A DNA stretch of 64,000 nucleotides from Piromyces finnis finn (Eukaryota; Fungi; Neocallimastigomycota): assembly GCA_002104945.1 (NCBI GenBank), contig MCFH01000006.1:620001-684000 (forward strand). Reading direction: 5' to 3'. Shown piece after piece: positions 29,889 to 42,818 of the stretch. The stretch's first letter is position 1. Every line of letters begins with the position of its first letter. The notes under the pieces were generated by a model that worked only from the letters and a program-made list of their open reading frames with translations, was not told the DNA's origin and ran no database searches. The position numbers and the translations under genes were made by a program.

Positions 29889-30449
29889 TTTGAAATATTT
29901 GTAATAAGTTTACTTTTTAAATTTAGAATTATTTATTTATTATTCTTTTTATTTTTTATTTTTATATAAGAGTATTATTATTATTATATACAAATTGTAT
30001 TATAATTATTAAAAAAAAAAGAAAAGGAATTTTACCCTATTTATATTTTTTTAATAAATATTAATATATTAATAAATAATTATTTGTTTTAATAATATTT
30101 TAATTTTAATAATATATTTTAATAATGAATAATATTAAAACAATTTATTATATATGATTATAATTGAAACCAATTATTTATTCATTTCTAATAACAAATA
30201 TCATAAAATAGGATAAAAAAAAGGAGAATATTTTTATTATGAAAGAAGTAATAATATCATATTAACATGATTTAATATAAAAATATAATAATAATTAAAA
30301 TTTGTAATTATGATATTAATAAATACAAAGAATGAAAATCAATGATAGTAACAAACTTTAAAAATATTTAAAATGAATTTTGAACCAATTTTGAATGATA
30401 AACGTAACACAATAATATCATAAGAAATATTTTAAAATATTTTTGAAAA

Positions 30450-31415
30450 AAGTATATTAAATTGCTTTTTATAATAAAAATATATATAGAAAGGAAAGAT
30501 TTGTTCAAAACAAATTCTATTGATTATTAAAAATACTTATTTAATAATTTTGAAACAATTTTTAAGAATAAAGATGGTATTTTTATTTATTTTTATTATC
30601 TAACCCTTTATAATTTATTGTTATTTTATTTAATATTATATATGACTATATATGTATTTATATTCAAAAGATAAGCAAAATTACTTTATTAATATCTTTC
30701 TTTATTTATAATTCAAAGGTTAGAAAATTAGGATAATTGTTTGTTTAGGTATACCAATATTATATATTTTATATATACATACATTTATTGTAACTATATA
30801 ATAATTTTACAAATGTAAATGTAATTAGTTAAAACTATTAGACAGAATACTAAATTATAATAATATCGTTCTTACAATATTTTTTTTTCATTTGATAAAA
30901 TTATTTTGGTATTTTTCAAAGATTTTTTTTAAAAATTATTAATAATATTTTTTTATTTCTATCAATATTTCTTACAAAATTGAATATTTCATTTTGGAAT
31001 TTTTGTAAATATTAATTCTTAATTGTTTTTTTTTTAATTATTTCAATATTAATTTTCTTTAATTTTTTAATAATTATTTATTTTTATAGTATAAATATAA
31101 TTATAATAATAAAATATCATTTCAATTATATTTCTCATTTTATAATAATAATTAATGACTTATTAAGAAAAAATGCACTTTTATTTAGTCAATAATTATT
31201 AATGAAATTAAATAATAAAGTTTTTTTCACTTATTTTTTCCAAAGGTTATTATTTTACTATTAAAAAAGCAATACAATTTAATTTTCTATTAATTTAAAT
31301 AAAGTTCTTTATTATAATTTTATTTAAAATGTAAAAGGCTATTTTTTATTATTTTAAAAAATGAAAAAAAAAAAAGGAATTTTAATAATTCAAGTGTAAC
31401 ATTTATCACTAATTA
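30450..31415 (-). repeat. Divergent spacer S2, inverted relative to S1
   Basis: Starts AGTATATTAAATTGCTTTTATAATAAAAA...GAAAGGAAAGAT (reverse complement of the S1 Y end) and ends ...AATTCAAGTGTAACATTTATCACTAATT (reverse complement of the X end). Confidence 0.85.
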
Positions 31416-31830
31416 TATCACAACTACAAATTTTAATTATTATTATATTTTTATATTAAATCATGTTAATATGATATTATTATTTCTTATTACTTCTTTC
31501 ATAATAAAAATATTCTCCTTTTTTTTATCCTATTTTATGATATTTGTTATTAGAAATGAATAAATAATTGGTTTCAATTATAATCATATATAATAAATTG
31601 TTTTAATATTATTCATTATTAAAATATATTATTAAAATACTATTAATACAATATGTTAATATTTATGAAAAAAATATAAATAGGGCAAAAATTTCTTTTC
31701 TTTTTTTAATTATTATAATACAATTTGCATTTAATAATAATAATACTCTTTTATAAAAATAAAAAAATAAAAAGAATAATAAATAAATAATTCTAAATTT
31801 AAAAAGTAAACTTATTACAAATATTTCAAA

Positions 31831-32715
31831 ATGCGTTTCTCTCTTGTTTTCGGTATTGTTCTTTCTTTATCTTTAAATGTTATTGGTTTACCAATTTCTG
31901 ATGAAGAACCAATTCAAGTTGGAATTACACCAGTTGAACCAATTGCACCAGTAGTTCCATCTACTAAAACTTTACCACCAAAAGCTTTACCAGAAACTAC
32001 TGTTGTTCCAGAAGTACCAATTGTTCCAGAAACACCGGCTCCAAAATCATTAAATAAACCAGTAGCACCAGAAACACCAGCTCCAAAGTCTTTATCAGAA
32101 GCTCCTGAAGTTCCAATAGCACCAGTTGTTCCATCTACTAAAACTTTACATTCTAAAACTTTACCAACTGTTACGAATAATTTAATTGCTGAAGAAGATG
32201 ATGAAAATGCTGCTACAAAATCAATTCCAGAAACTCCTTCTCCAAAATCATTATTTGAAACACCAGCTCCAAAATCTATACCAGAAACACAATCACCAAA
32301 ATCATTACAAGAACCAGTAGGTCCAGAAGCTCCAATTGTTCAATCTACTAAAACCTTACCAGCTAAGTCTTTACCAACAAATAATATTTTAGCTGGTGAA
32401 GAAGATGCTGAAACTGCAGCCCCAAAATCATTATCTGAAACACCAGCTCCAAAGACATTACCAGAAGCTCCAGAAGCTCCAATTACTCCAGAAACACCAG
32501 CTCCAAAAGCCATACCAGAAGCTCCAGAAGCTCCAGAAGTACCAATTACTCCAGAAACACCTGCTCCAAAGTCATTACCAGAAGCTCCAGAAGCTCCTGA
32601 AGTACTAATAGCTCCAGTTATTCCAACTACTAAAACTAATATTATTCAAACTACTAAAACCTTACCTATCATTAAAACTACTAAGACCTTACCAACTATC
32701 ATTGAAACTAACTAG
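31831..32715 (+). CDS. Secreted repeat protein, copy G4 (294 aa)
   Basis: Intact paralog with X-type upstream and D2-type 3' flank. Confidence 0.9.
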   Translation: MRFSLVFGIVLSLSLNVIGLPISDEEPIQVGITPVEPIAPVVPSTKTLPPKALPETTVVPEVPIVPETPAPKSLNKPVAPETPAPKSLSEAPEVPIAPVVPSTKTLHSKTLPTVTNNLIAEEDDENAATKSIPETPSPKSLFETPAPKSIPETQSPKSLQEPVGPEAPIVQSTKTLPAKSLPTNNILAGEEDAETAAPKSLSETPAPKTLPEAPEAPITPETPAPKAIPEAPEAPEVPITPETPAPKSLPEAPEAPEVLIAPVIPTTKTNIIQTTKTLPIIKTTKTLPTIIETN

Positions 32716-33037
32716 ATACAAGCATTTCATTATTTTATTATTTCATTTAAAAAAATATGAAAAATTAAAAATTATGAATTAATAATTATAAAATTAGTTA
32801 TTAAAATTTTAGATTTAATAATTTTAAATTAAATGTAAATATTTATTTTTTTTATTTATGTAAAATAAATATTTTAGTCTTTTAATTAATAAAAATTAGA
32901 AAAAATATATAAATGACTTTTTTTTATATTCAAAAATATAATAAAATTAAATATAATAAAGTAAATGTAAAAAAAATAAAAAATATAATATTATAATTAA
33001 TTTTAATTTATTAATTTATTTATTTATTTTTGTTGTA

Positions 33038-33105
<68 letters not shown>

Positions 33106-33179
33106 CATTATTATTATCATTATTATTATTATCATTATTATTATTATTATCATTATTATTATCATTATTATTATTATTA

Positions 33180-33248
<69 letters not shown>

Positions 33249-33260
33249 ATTATATATCAA

Positions 33261-33312
<52 letters not shown>
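33038..33312 (+). repeat. (ATT)n/(ATC) interrupted microsatellite in spacer T2
   Basis: Directly visible. Confidence 0.95.
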
Positions 33313-33899
33313 TCTTTTTTAATTTATTTATTAATTTATTATTTATTATGTATTTATTAAAGTGTATTTCTAAATTTCATATTTTTATTCTTTTTGAATT
33401 AGTTTCGTATTTTTAATAAATAAGCTTATTTTTTTTTTAAAATGGCTTTTATTTCTTTTAAAAGTGAGGAATTACATTATTATTTACAATGATTTTTTTT
33501 AATAATATATGGTCTATAATATGTCTAATAAAATTGTAATGAATTATTATAAAAATCTAATTTTCTTTTTAATATTTTAATTTGGAAATTAGTAGAGGTA
33601 ATTATTTTAATTGATTATAACTTAAATCAAAAAATTTTAAATATTTTTCACTGCTTCAAAATTTCTATCAATTATATCATATTAAAATTGCTAAATATTT
33701 TTATTATTTAATAAATAAATATATACCAATATGTTAATATTTATTAAAAAAAAGATATATAGAGTAAAATATTCTTTTTTTTCAATAATCATAGTAGAAT
33801 TTATAACTTGCATAATAAAAATAATATTATGAAAAAATATAAAGTATAATAATTAAACCATTTTTAATTTAAACAGTATTAATATTTAAATATATCAAA

Positions 33900-34136
33900 A
33901 TGAATTACTTTCTCTTTCTCGTTAATACTCTTTATTTATTTTTAAATATTATAGTTATTAGTTTTCTAATTTCTGATGAAGAACAAACTCAAGTTGGAAT
34001 TGCACCAATTGAATCAGTTAAACTAATTGAATTAGTTGAACCAATTATGCCAATTGTTCCACATACTAAAATTTTATCATCAAAAGCTTTAAAAATATTA
34101 AATATATATTATTATATTTCAATCATCAAATTTTAA
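33900..34136 (+). pseudogene. Degenerate, 3'-truncated paralog of the secreted repeat gene (78 aa)
   Basis: MNYFLFLVNTLYLFLNIIVISFLISDEEQTQVGIAPIESVKLIELVEPIMPIVPHTKILSSKAL, then runs into non-homologous AT-rich sequence. Confidence 0.75.
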
Positions 34137-34562
34137 ATAATATTTAATAATTATTTATAATTAAGAATACATTTAATTATGCTATAAGAATATCAGTTAT
34201 TTATAATTTAAGTCAATCAGAAAATATTTCAAAAATTCTAAAATATTAATAGATTAAAAAGTGGTATAATCTAAGATGTGAAAAATATATAAATTTTATT
34301 ATTGATAATCATAATATTTTCCTAACCACATTATTTTATATTATATTTTATTTTACTTTATTTATTTTTATTATATTTTATTTTATTAAAAAACAAAGGA
34401 ATTTCATACACATTTTAAATTTTAATTAGTTATAAAATAACATTAAAAACATTCTATATATATAATTAATTCGAAATTTTTAAATTATACAAAGATTTAT
34501 AATTAATTTTATAATTGTTAATTTTAATTTTAATCTAATATAAAATTATAAAATAGTTTTAT

Positions 34563-35507
34563 CTAGTTAGTTTCAATGATAGTTGGTAAGGTCTTAGTAG
34601 TTTTAATGATAGGTAAGGTTTTAGTAGTTTGAATAACAATAGTTTTAGTAGTTGGAATAACTGGAGCAATTGGTACTTCAGGAGCTTCTGGAGCTTCTGG
34701 TAATGACTTTGGAGCAGGAGTTTCTGGAGTAATTGGAGCTTCTGGAGCTTCTGATAATGACTTTGGAGCTGGTGTTTCTGGAGTAATTGGAGCTTCTGGA
34801 GCTTCTGGTAATGACTTTGGAGCTGGTGTTTCAGGTAATGATTTTGGGGCTGGAGTTTCAGCATCTTCTTCACCAGCTAAAACACTATTTGTTGGTAAAG
34901 ACTTAGCTGGTAAGGTTTTAGTAGATTGAACAATTGGAACTTCTGGACCTACTGGTTCTTTTAATGATTTTGGGGCTGGTGTTTCTGGTATGGCCTTTGG
35001 AGCTGGTGCTTCTGGAGCAACTGATACTTCTAGAGCTTCTGGTATAGATTTTGGAGCTGGTGTTTCAAGTAATGATTTTGGAGAAGGAGTTTCTGGAATT
35101 GACTTTGGACCAGCCATTTCATCATCTTCTTCAGCAATTAAATTATTCGTAACAGTTGGTAAAGTTTTAGAATGTAAAGTTTTAGAATGTAATGTTTTAG
35201 TAGATGGAACAACTGGTGCTATTGGAACTTCAGGAGCTTCTGATAAAGACTTTGGAGCTGGAGTTTCTGGAACAACTGGTTTATTTAATGATTTTGGAGC
35301 CGGTGTTTCTGGAACAATTGGTACTTCTGGAACAACAGTAGTTTCTGGTAAAACTTTTGGTGGTAAAGTTTTAGTAGATGGAACTACTGGTGCAATTGGT
35401 TCAACTGGTGTAATTCCAACTTGAATTGGTTCTTCATCAGAAATTGGTAAACCAATAACATTTAAAGATAAAGAAAGAACAATACCGAAAACAAGAGAGA
35501 AACGCAT
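34563..35507 (-). CDS. Secreted repeat protein, copy G5 (314 aa)
   Basis: Intact paralog with Y-type upstream and D1-type 3' flank. Confidence 0.9.
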   Translation of the reverse strand: MRFSLVFGIVLSLSLNVIGLPISDEEPIQVGITPVEPIAPVVPSTKTLPPKVLPETTVVPEVPIVPETPAPKSLNKPVVPETPAPKSLSEAPEVPIAPVVPSTKTLHSKTLHSKTLPTVTNNLIAEEDDEMAGPKSIPETPSPKSLLETPAPKSIPEALEVSVAPEAPAPKAIPETPAPKSLKEPVGPEVPIVQSTKTLPAKSLPTNSVLAGEEDAETPAPKSLPETPAPKSLPEAPEAPITPETPAPKSLSEAPEAPITPETPAPKSLPEAPEAPEVPIAPVIPTTKTIVIQTTKTLPIIKTTKTLPTIIETN

Positions 35508-36068
35508 TTTGAAATATTTGTAATAATTTTACTTTTTAAATTTAGAATTATTTATTTATTATTCTTTTTATTTTTTATTTTTATAAAAGAATATTATTAT
35601 TATTAAATACAAATTGTATTATAATTATTAAAAAAAAAGAAAAGGAATTTTACCCTATTTATATTTTTTTTAATAAATATTAATATATTAATAAATAATA
35701 ATTAATTTTAATAATATTTTAATTTTAATAATATATTTTAATAATGAATAATATTAAAACAATTTATTATATATGATTATAATTGAAACCAATTATTTAT
35801 TCATTTCTAATAACAAATATCATAAAATAGGATAAAAAAAAGGAGAATATTTTTATTATGAAAGAAGTAATAATATCATATTAACATGATTTAATATAAA
35901 AATATAATAATAATTAAAATTTGTAATTATGATATTAATAAATACAAAGAATGAAAATCAATGATAGTAACAAACTTTAAAAATATTTAAAATGAATTTT
36001 GAACCAATTTTGAATGATAAACGTAACACAATAATATCATAAGAAATATTTTAAAATATTTTTGAAAA

Positions 36069-37221
36069 AAGTATATTAAATTGCTTTTTATAATAAAAAT
36101 ATATATAGAAAGGAAAGATTTGTTCAAAACAAATTCTATTGATTATTAAAAATACTTATTTAATAATTTTGAAACAATTTTTAAGAATAAAGATGGTATT
36201 TTTATGTATTTTTATTATCTAACCCTTTATAATTTATTGTTATTTTATTTAATACTATATATAACTCTATATGTATTTATATTCAAAAGATAGGCAAAAT
36301 TACTTTATTAATATCTTTCTTTATTTATAATTCAAAGGTTAGAAAATTAGGATAATTGTTTGTTTAGGTATACCAATATTATATATTTTATATATACATA
36401 CATTTATTGTAACTATATAATAATTTTACAAATGTAAATATTATTAGCTTACAACAGAATTTACTCGAGAGAATACTAAATTATAATAAAATCATACTTA
36501 TAATACTACTTTTTTTCATTTAATATCAATTACAATTAGTTCATTTTTGTAGTATAATTTTATACATAATAGAACATAATTTTTTACTTTTTTTTTTATA
36601 TCAATTTTTAAATTATATTAATATTTATTTTTATTTAATATAATTGTAATTATTTAAAATGCGTTTTAATCAACAGGTGGTTTATTAATTAAAATATTTA
36701 TAATTTTTTTTGATATTTTTCAAAGATTTTTTAAAATTATTAATAATATTTTTTTATTTCTATTAATATTTCTTACAAAATTAAATATTTTGTTTTAGAA
36801 TTTATGTCAATATTAATTCTTAATTGTTTTTTTTTTAATTATTTCAATATTAATTTTCTAAAATTTTTTAATAATTATTTATTTTTATAGTATAAATATA
36901 ATTATATTTTTCATTTTATAATATATTAATGACTTATTAAGAAAAAATACACTTTTATTTAGTCAATAATTATTAATGAAATTAAATAATAAAGTTTTTT
37001 TCACTTATTTTTTCCAAAAGTTATTATTTTACTATTAAAAAAGCAATACAATTTAATTTTCTATTAATTTAAATAAAGTTCTTTATTATAAAGTTCTTTA
37101 TTATAATTTTATTTAAAATGTAAAAGGCTATTTTTTATTATTTTAAAAAATGAAAAAAAAAAAAAAGGAATTTTAATAATTCAAGTGTAACATTTATCAC
37201 TAATTAACATTTATTACTATT
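36069..37221 (-). repeat. Divergent spacer S3, inverted relative to S1, with a divergent/extra internal segment (about 36440-36710)
   Basis: Y end on the left and X end on the right, as in S2. Confidence 0.85.
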
Positions 37222-37758
37222 TTTCAAAAATATTTAAAATATTTCTTATGATATTATTGTGTTACGTTTATCATTCAAAATTGGTTCAAAATTCATTTTA
37301 AATATTTTTAAAGTTTGTTACTATCATTGATTTTCATTCTTTGTATTTATTAATATCATAATTACAAATTTTAATTATTATTATATTTTTATATTAAATC
37401 ATGTTAATATGATATTATTACTTCTTTCATAATAAAAATATTCCCCTTTTTTTTATCCTATTTTATGATATTTGTTATTAGAAATGAATAAATAATTGGT
37501 TTCAATTATAATCATATATAATAAATTATTTTAATATTATTCGTTATTAAAATATATTATTAAAATACTATTAATACAATATGTTAATATTTATGAAAAA
37601 AATATAAATAGGGCAAAAATTTCTTTTCTTTTTTTAATAATTATAATACAATTTGCATTTAATAATAATAATACTCTTTTATAAAAATAAAAAAATAAAA
37701 AGAATAATAAATAAATAATTCTAAATTTAAAAAATAAACTTATTACAAATATTTCAAA

Positions 37759-38640
37759 ATGCGTTTCTCTCTTGTTTTCGGTATTGTTCTTTCTTTATCT
37801 TTAAATGCTATTGGTTTACCAATTTCTGATGAAGAACCAATTCAAGTTGGAATTACACCAGTTGAACCAATTGCACCAGTAGTTCCATCTACTAAAACGT
37901 TACCACCAAAAGCTTTACCAGAAACTACTGTTGTTCCAGAAGTACCAGTTGTTCCAGAAACACCGGCTCCAAAATCATTAAATAAACCAGTAGCACCAGA
38001 AACACCAGCTCCAAAGTCTTTATCAGAAGCTCCTGAAGTTCCAATAGCACCAGTTGTTCCATCTACTAAAACTTTACATTCTAAAACTTTACATTCTAAA
38101 ACTTTACCAACTGTTACGAATAATTTAATTGCTGAAGAAGAAGATGAAATAGCTGCTCCAAAGTCAATTCCAGAAACTCCTTCTCCAAAATCATTACTTG
38201 AAACACCAGCTCCAAAATCTATACCAGAAGCTCTAGAAGTATCAGTTGCTCCAGAAGCACCAGCTCCAAAGGCCATACCAGAAAAACCAGCCCCAAAATC
38301 ATTACCTGAAACACCAGCTCCAAAGTCATTACCAGAAGCTCCAGAAGCTCCAATTACTTCAGAAACACCAGCTCCAAAAGCCATACCAGAAGCTCCAGAA
38401 GCTCTAGAAGTACCAATTACTCCAGAAACACCTGCTCCAAAGTCATTACCAGAAGTTCCAGAAGTACCAATTAATCCAGAAACACCTGCTCCAAAGTCAT
38501 TACCAGAAGCTCCAGAAGCTCCTGAAGTACCAATTGCTCCAGTTATTCCAACTACTAAAACTATTGTTATTCAAACTACTAAAACTTTACCTATCATTAA
38601 AACTACTAAGACCTTACCAACTATCATTGAAACTAACTAG
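37759..38640 (+). CDS. Secreted repeat protein, copy G6 (293 aa)
   Basis: Intact paralog with X-type upstream and D1-type 3' flank; lacks one 42-aa module. Confidence 0.9.
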   Translation: MRFSLVFGIVLSLSLNAIGLPISDEEPIQVGITPVEPIAPVVPSTKTLPPKALPETTVVPEVPVVPETPAPKSLNKPVAPETPAPKSLSEAPEVPIAPVVPSTKTLHSKTLHSKTLPTVTNNLIAEEEDEIAAPKSIPETPSPKSLLETPAPKSIPEALEVSVAPEAPAPKAIPEKPAPKSLPETPAPKSLPEAPEAPITSETPAPKAIPEAPEALEVPITPETPAPKSLPEVPEVPINPETPAPKSLPEAPEAPEVPIAPVIPTTKTIVIQTTKTLPIIKTTKTLPTIIETN

Positions 38641-39741
38641 ATAAAACTATTTTATAATTTTATATTAGATTAAAATTAAAGTTAACAATTATAAAATTAA
38701 TTTTAAACCTTAGTATAATTTAGTAATTTCGAATTAATTGTATAAATAGAATTTTTTTTAATGTATAGAAATTTTTTTCTTAATTTTATAAAATAAAACT
38801 TAAAATGTGTAATAAATTCCTTAATTTTTTAATAAAATAAAATTTAATAAAATATAAATAATATTAATTTATATTAATATTAATAAAATTTATATTTCTT
38901 GTTTATTTCTAAATTGTTTTGTGTTAATAAGTATGAATTTTGACAAAATAAATAGAAAATAATGCAATAAATTATAAAATAATATGATTAAGAAAAAACT
39001 ACGATTAGCAATAACAATATTTATATATTTTTAAACTACTTTTTAATCTAATTATATTTTAGAATTTTTGAAATATTTTCTGATTGACTTAAATTATAAA
39101 TAACTGATATTCTTATAGCATAATTAAATGTATTCTTAATTATACATAATTATTAAATATTATTTAAATTTGATGAAAAAATCATGAATATTCAATAATT
39201 TTTGAAATATAATTATATATATATTATTTTATATATCCTATATATAAATATTTTGTTATAAACACTCGAAATATCCATATTGCTTAATTAGTTTATTTTG
39301 TCTGTTCTAGTTAACAATATCCATTAAAAATCCTATATTATTATTCAGTGTTAGATAATATTAATTAAACTTAAAAACATTTTTCAATATGATATTTTTA
39401 TGTATTCTTAAAAAGTTATTTTATTCTATTTAAGAAATATAAAAAAATAACATCAAATTAAAATATGTTTAGTTTAAGTAGAGAGATTAACTGTGTTGGA
39501 ATTCAAATATAACTAAAAAAAATTTAAATATTAATTGGAATTCTATTTTACTATATTTTACTTTATTTATTATACTTACATACTATTAAAAAATAAAAGA
39601 ACTTCATAAATATTTTTTAATTTTTATTTGTAATATATTATATATATTTAACTTTAAAAAATTGATTGTATATTTTAATTTATACTTTAATTTTTTGTAG
39701 CTTTTTGAAATACTTTTTATTTAGTTAGTTTTATTGATAGT

Positions 39742-40017
39742 TTATAAGGTCTTAGTGGTTTTAATGAAAATAATAGTTTGAACAATTGGAGCTTCTAGAG
39801 TTTCAGATAAAAATTTTGGAGCTGGTCTTTCTGGAACAACTGAGATTTCTGGAATAATAGTAAATTCTGGTAAAGCTATTGATGGTAAAATTTTAGTAGA
39901 TGGAACAATTGGTTCAATTCCAACTTGAGATTGTTCTTCATCAGAAATTAGAAAACTAATAACTATAACATTTAAAAATAAATAAAGAGTATTACCGAGA
40001 AGGAGAAAGAAATTCAT
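39742..40017 (-). pseudogene. Degenerate paralog (91 aa), near-identical to 27898-28173
   Basis: Translation differs by one residue (EFTII vs EFIII). Confidence 0.75.
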
Positions 40018-40582
40018 TTTGATATATTTAAATATTAATACGTTAATACTGTCTAAATTTAAATGGTTTAATTATTATACTTTATATTTTTATATAATAT
40101 TATTTTTATCATTCAAGTTATAAATTCTACTATAATTATTGAAAAAAGAATATTTTACTTTATTTACCTTTTTTTTTAATAAATATTAACATATTGGAAT
40201 ATATTATTTATTATGATATAATTGATAGAAATTTTGAAGTAGTGAAAATATTTGAAAATTCTTGAATTAAATTATAATCAATTAAAATAATTTCCTCTAC
40301 TAATTTCTAAATTAATAAATTTAAGAAAATTAGATTTTCATAATAACACATTACAAACTTTACTGGACACATTATAGACCATGCATTTTTAAAAAAATAA
40401 AGTCATTGTAGATAATAATTTAATTCCTCACTTTTAAAAGAAATAAAAGCCATTTTAAAAAAAAAATAAGCTTATTTATAAAAAATACAAAACTAATTCA
40501 AAAAGAATAAAAATATGAAATTTAGAAATACACTTTAATAAATACATAATAAATAATAAATTAATAAATAAATTAAAAAAGA

Positions 40583-40763
<181 letters not shown>

Positions 40764-41047
40764 TAAAATTAATTATAATATTATATTTTTTATATTTTTT
40801 ACATTTACTTTATTATATTTAATTTTATTATATTTTTGAATATAAAAAAAAGTCCTTTACATATTTTTTCTAATTTTTATTAATTAAAAGACTGAAATAT
40901 TTATTTTACATAAATAAAAAAAAATAAATATTTACATTTAATTTAAAATTATTAAATCTAAAATTTAAATAACTAATTTTATAATTATTAATTTTTTTAA
41001 TTTTTCATATTTTTTTATGAAATAATGAAATAATGAAATGCTTGTAT

Positions 41048-41992
41048 CTAGTTAGTTTCAATGATAGTTGGTAAGGTCTTAGTAGTTTTAATGACAGGTA
41101 AAGTTTTAGTAGTTTGAATAACAATAGTTTTAGTAGTTGGAACAACTGGAGTAATTAGTACTTCAGGAGCTTCTGGAGCTTCTGGTAATGACTTTGGAGC
41201 TGGTGTTTCTGGAGTAATTGGAGCTTCTGGAGCTTCTGGTAATGACTTTGGAGCTGGTGTTTCTGGAGTAATTGGAGCTTCTGGAGCTTCTGGTAATGAC
41301 TTTGGAGCTGGTGTTTCAGGTAATGATTTTGGGGCTACAGTTTCAGCATCTTCTTCACCAGCTAAAACACTATTTGTTGGTAAAGACTTAGCTGATAAGG
41401 TTTTAGTAGATTGAACAATTGGAGCTTCTGGACCTACTGGTTCTTGTAATGTCTTTGGGGCTGGTTTTTCTGGTATGGCCTTTGGAGCTGGTGCTTCTGG
41501 AGCAACTGATACTTCTGGAGCTTCTGGTATAGATTTTGGAGCTGGTGTTTCAAGTAATGATTTTGGAGAAGGAGTTTCTGGAATTGACTTTGGAACAGCT
41601 ATTTCATCTTCTTCTTCAGCAATTAAATTATTCGTAACAGTTGGTAAAGTTTTAGAATGTAAAGTTTTAGAATGTAAAGTTTTAGTAGATGGAACAACTG
41701 GTGCTATTGGAACTTCAGGAGCTTCTGATAATGATTTTGGAACTGGTGTTTCTGAAACAACTGGTTTATTTAATGATTTTGGAGCTGGCGTTTCTGGAAC
41801 AACTGGTACTTCTGGAACAACAGTAGTTTCTGGTAAAGCTTTTGGTGGTAAAGTTTTAGTAGATGGAACTACTGGTGCAATTGGTTCAACTGGTGTAATT
41901 CCAACTTGAATTGGTTCTTCATCAGAAATTGGTAAACCAATAACATTTAAAGATAAAGAAAGAACAATACCGAAAACAAGAGAGAAACGCAT
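41048..41992 (-). CDS. Secreted repeat protein, copy G7 (314 aa)
   Basis: Intact paralog with X-type upstream and D2-type 3' flank. Confidence 0.9.
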   Translation of the reverse strand: MRFSLVFGIVLSLSLNVIGLPISDEEPIQVGITPVEPIAPVVPSTKTLPPKALPETTVVPEVPVVPETPAPKSLNKPVVSETPVPKSLSEAPEVPIAPVVPSTKTLHSKTLHSKTLPTVTNNLIAEEEDEIAVPKSIPETPSPKSLLETPAPKSIPEAPEVSVAPEAPAPKAIPEKPAPKTLQEPVGPEAPIVQSTKTLSAKSLPTNSVLAGEEDAETVAPKSLPETPAPKSLPEAPEAPITPETPAPKSLPEAPEAPITPETPAPKSLPEAPEAPEVLITPVVPTTKTIVIQTTKTLPVIKTTKTLPTIIETN

Positions 41993-42553
41993 TTTGAAAT
42001 ATTTGTAATAATTTTACTTTTTAAATTTAGAATTATTTATTTATTATTCTTTTTATTTTTTTATTTTTATAAAAGAATATTATTATTATTAAATACAAAT
42101 TGTATTATAATTATTAAAAAAAAAAGAAAAGGAATTTTACCCTATTTATATCTTTTTTAATGAATATTAATATATTAATAAATAATAATTAATTTTAATA
42201 ATATTTTAATTTTAATAATATATTTTAATAATGAATAATATTAAAACAATTTATTATATATGATTATAATTGAAACCAATTATTTATTCATTTCTAATAA
42301 CAAATATCATAAAATAGGATAAAAAAAAGGAGAATATTTTTATTATGAAAGAAGTAATAATATCATATTAACATGATTTAATATAAAAATATAATAATAA
42401 TTAAAATTTGTAATTATGATATTAATAAATACAAAGAATGAAAATCAATGATAGTAACAAACTTTAAAAATATTTAAAATGAATTTTGAACCAATTTTGA
42501 ATGATAAACGTAACACAATAATATCATAAGGAATATTTTAAATATTTTTGAAA

Positions 42554-42818
42554 AATAGTAATAAATGTTAATTAGTGATAAATGTTACACTCGAATTATT
42601 AAAATTCCTTTTTTTTTTTCATTTTTTAAAATAATAAAAAATAGCCTTTTACATTTTAAATAAAATTATAATAAAGAACTTTATAATAAAGAACTTTATT
42701 TAAATTAATAGAAAATTAAATTGTATTGCTTTTTTAATAGTAAAATAATAACTTTTGGAAAAAATAAGTGAAAAAAACTTTATTATTTAATTTCATTAAT
42801 AATTATTGACTAAATAAA
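42554..42818 (+). repeat. Truncated spacer S4 (X end only, forward orientation); right boundary of the array
   Basis: Matches 24272 to about 24520, then homology stops abruptly after AATTATTGACTAAATAAA. Confidence 0.8.

Larger units (their letters stand above)
32716..34562 (-). repeat. Convergent spacer T2, inverted relative to T1/T3, with an internal deletion
   Basis: Order is D2, (ATT/ATC)n, degenerate gene on +, then D1 reverse-complemented. Roughly 0.6 kb present in T1 is missing near 34135. Confidence 0.85.
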
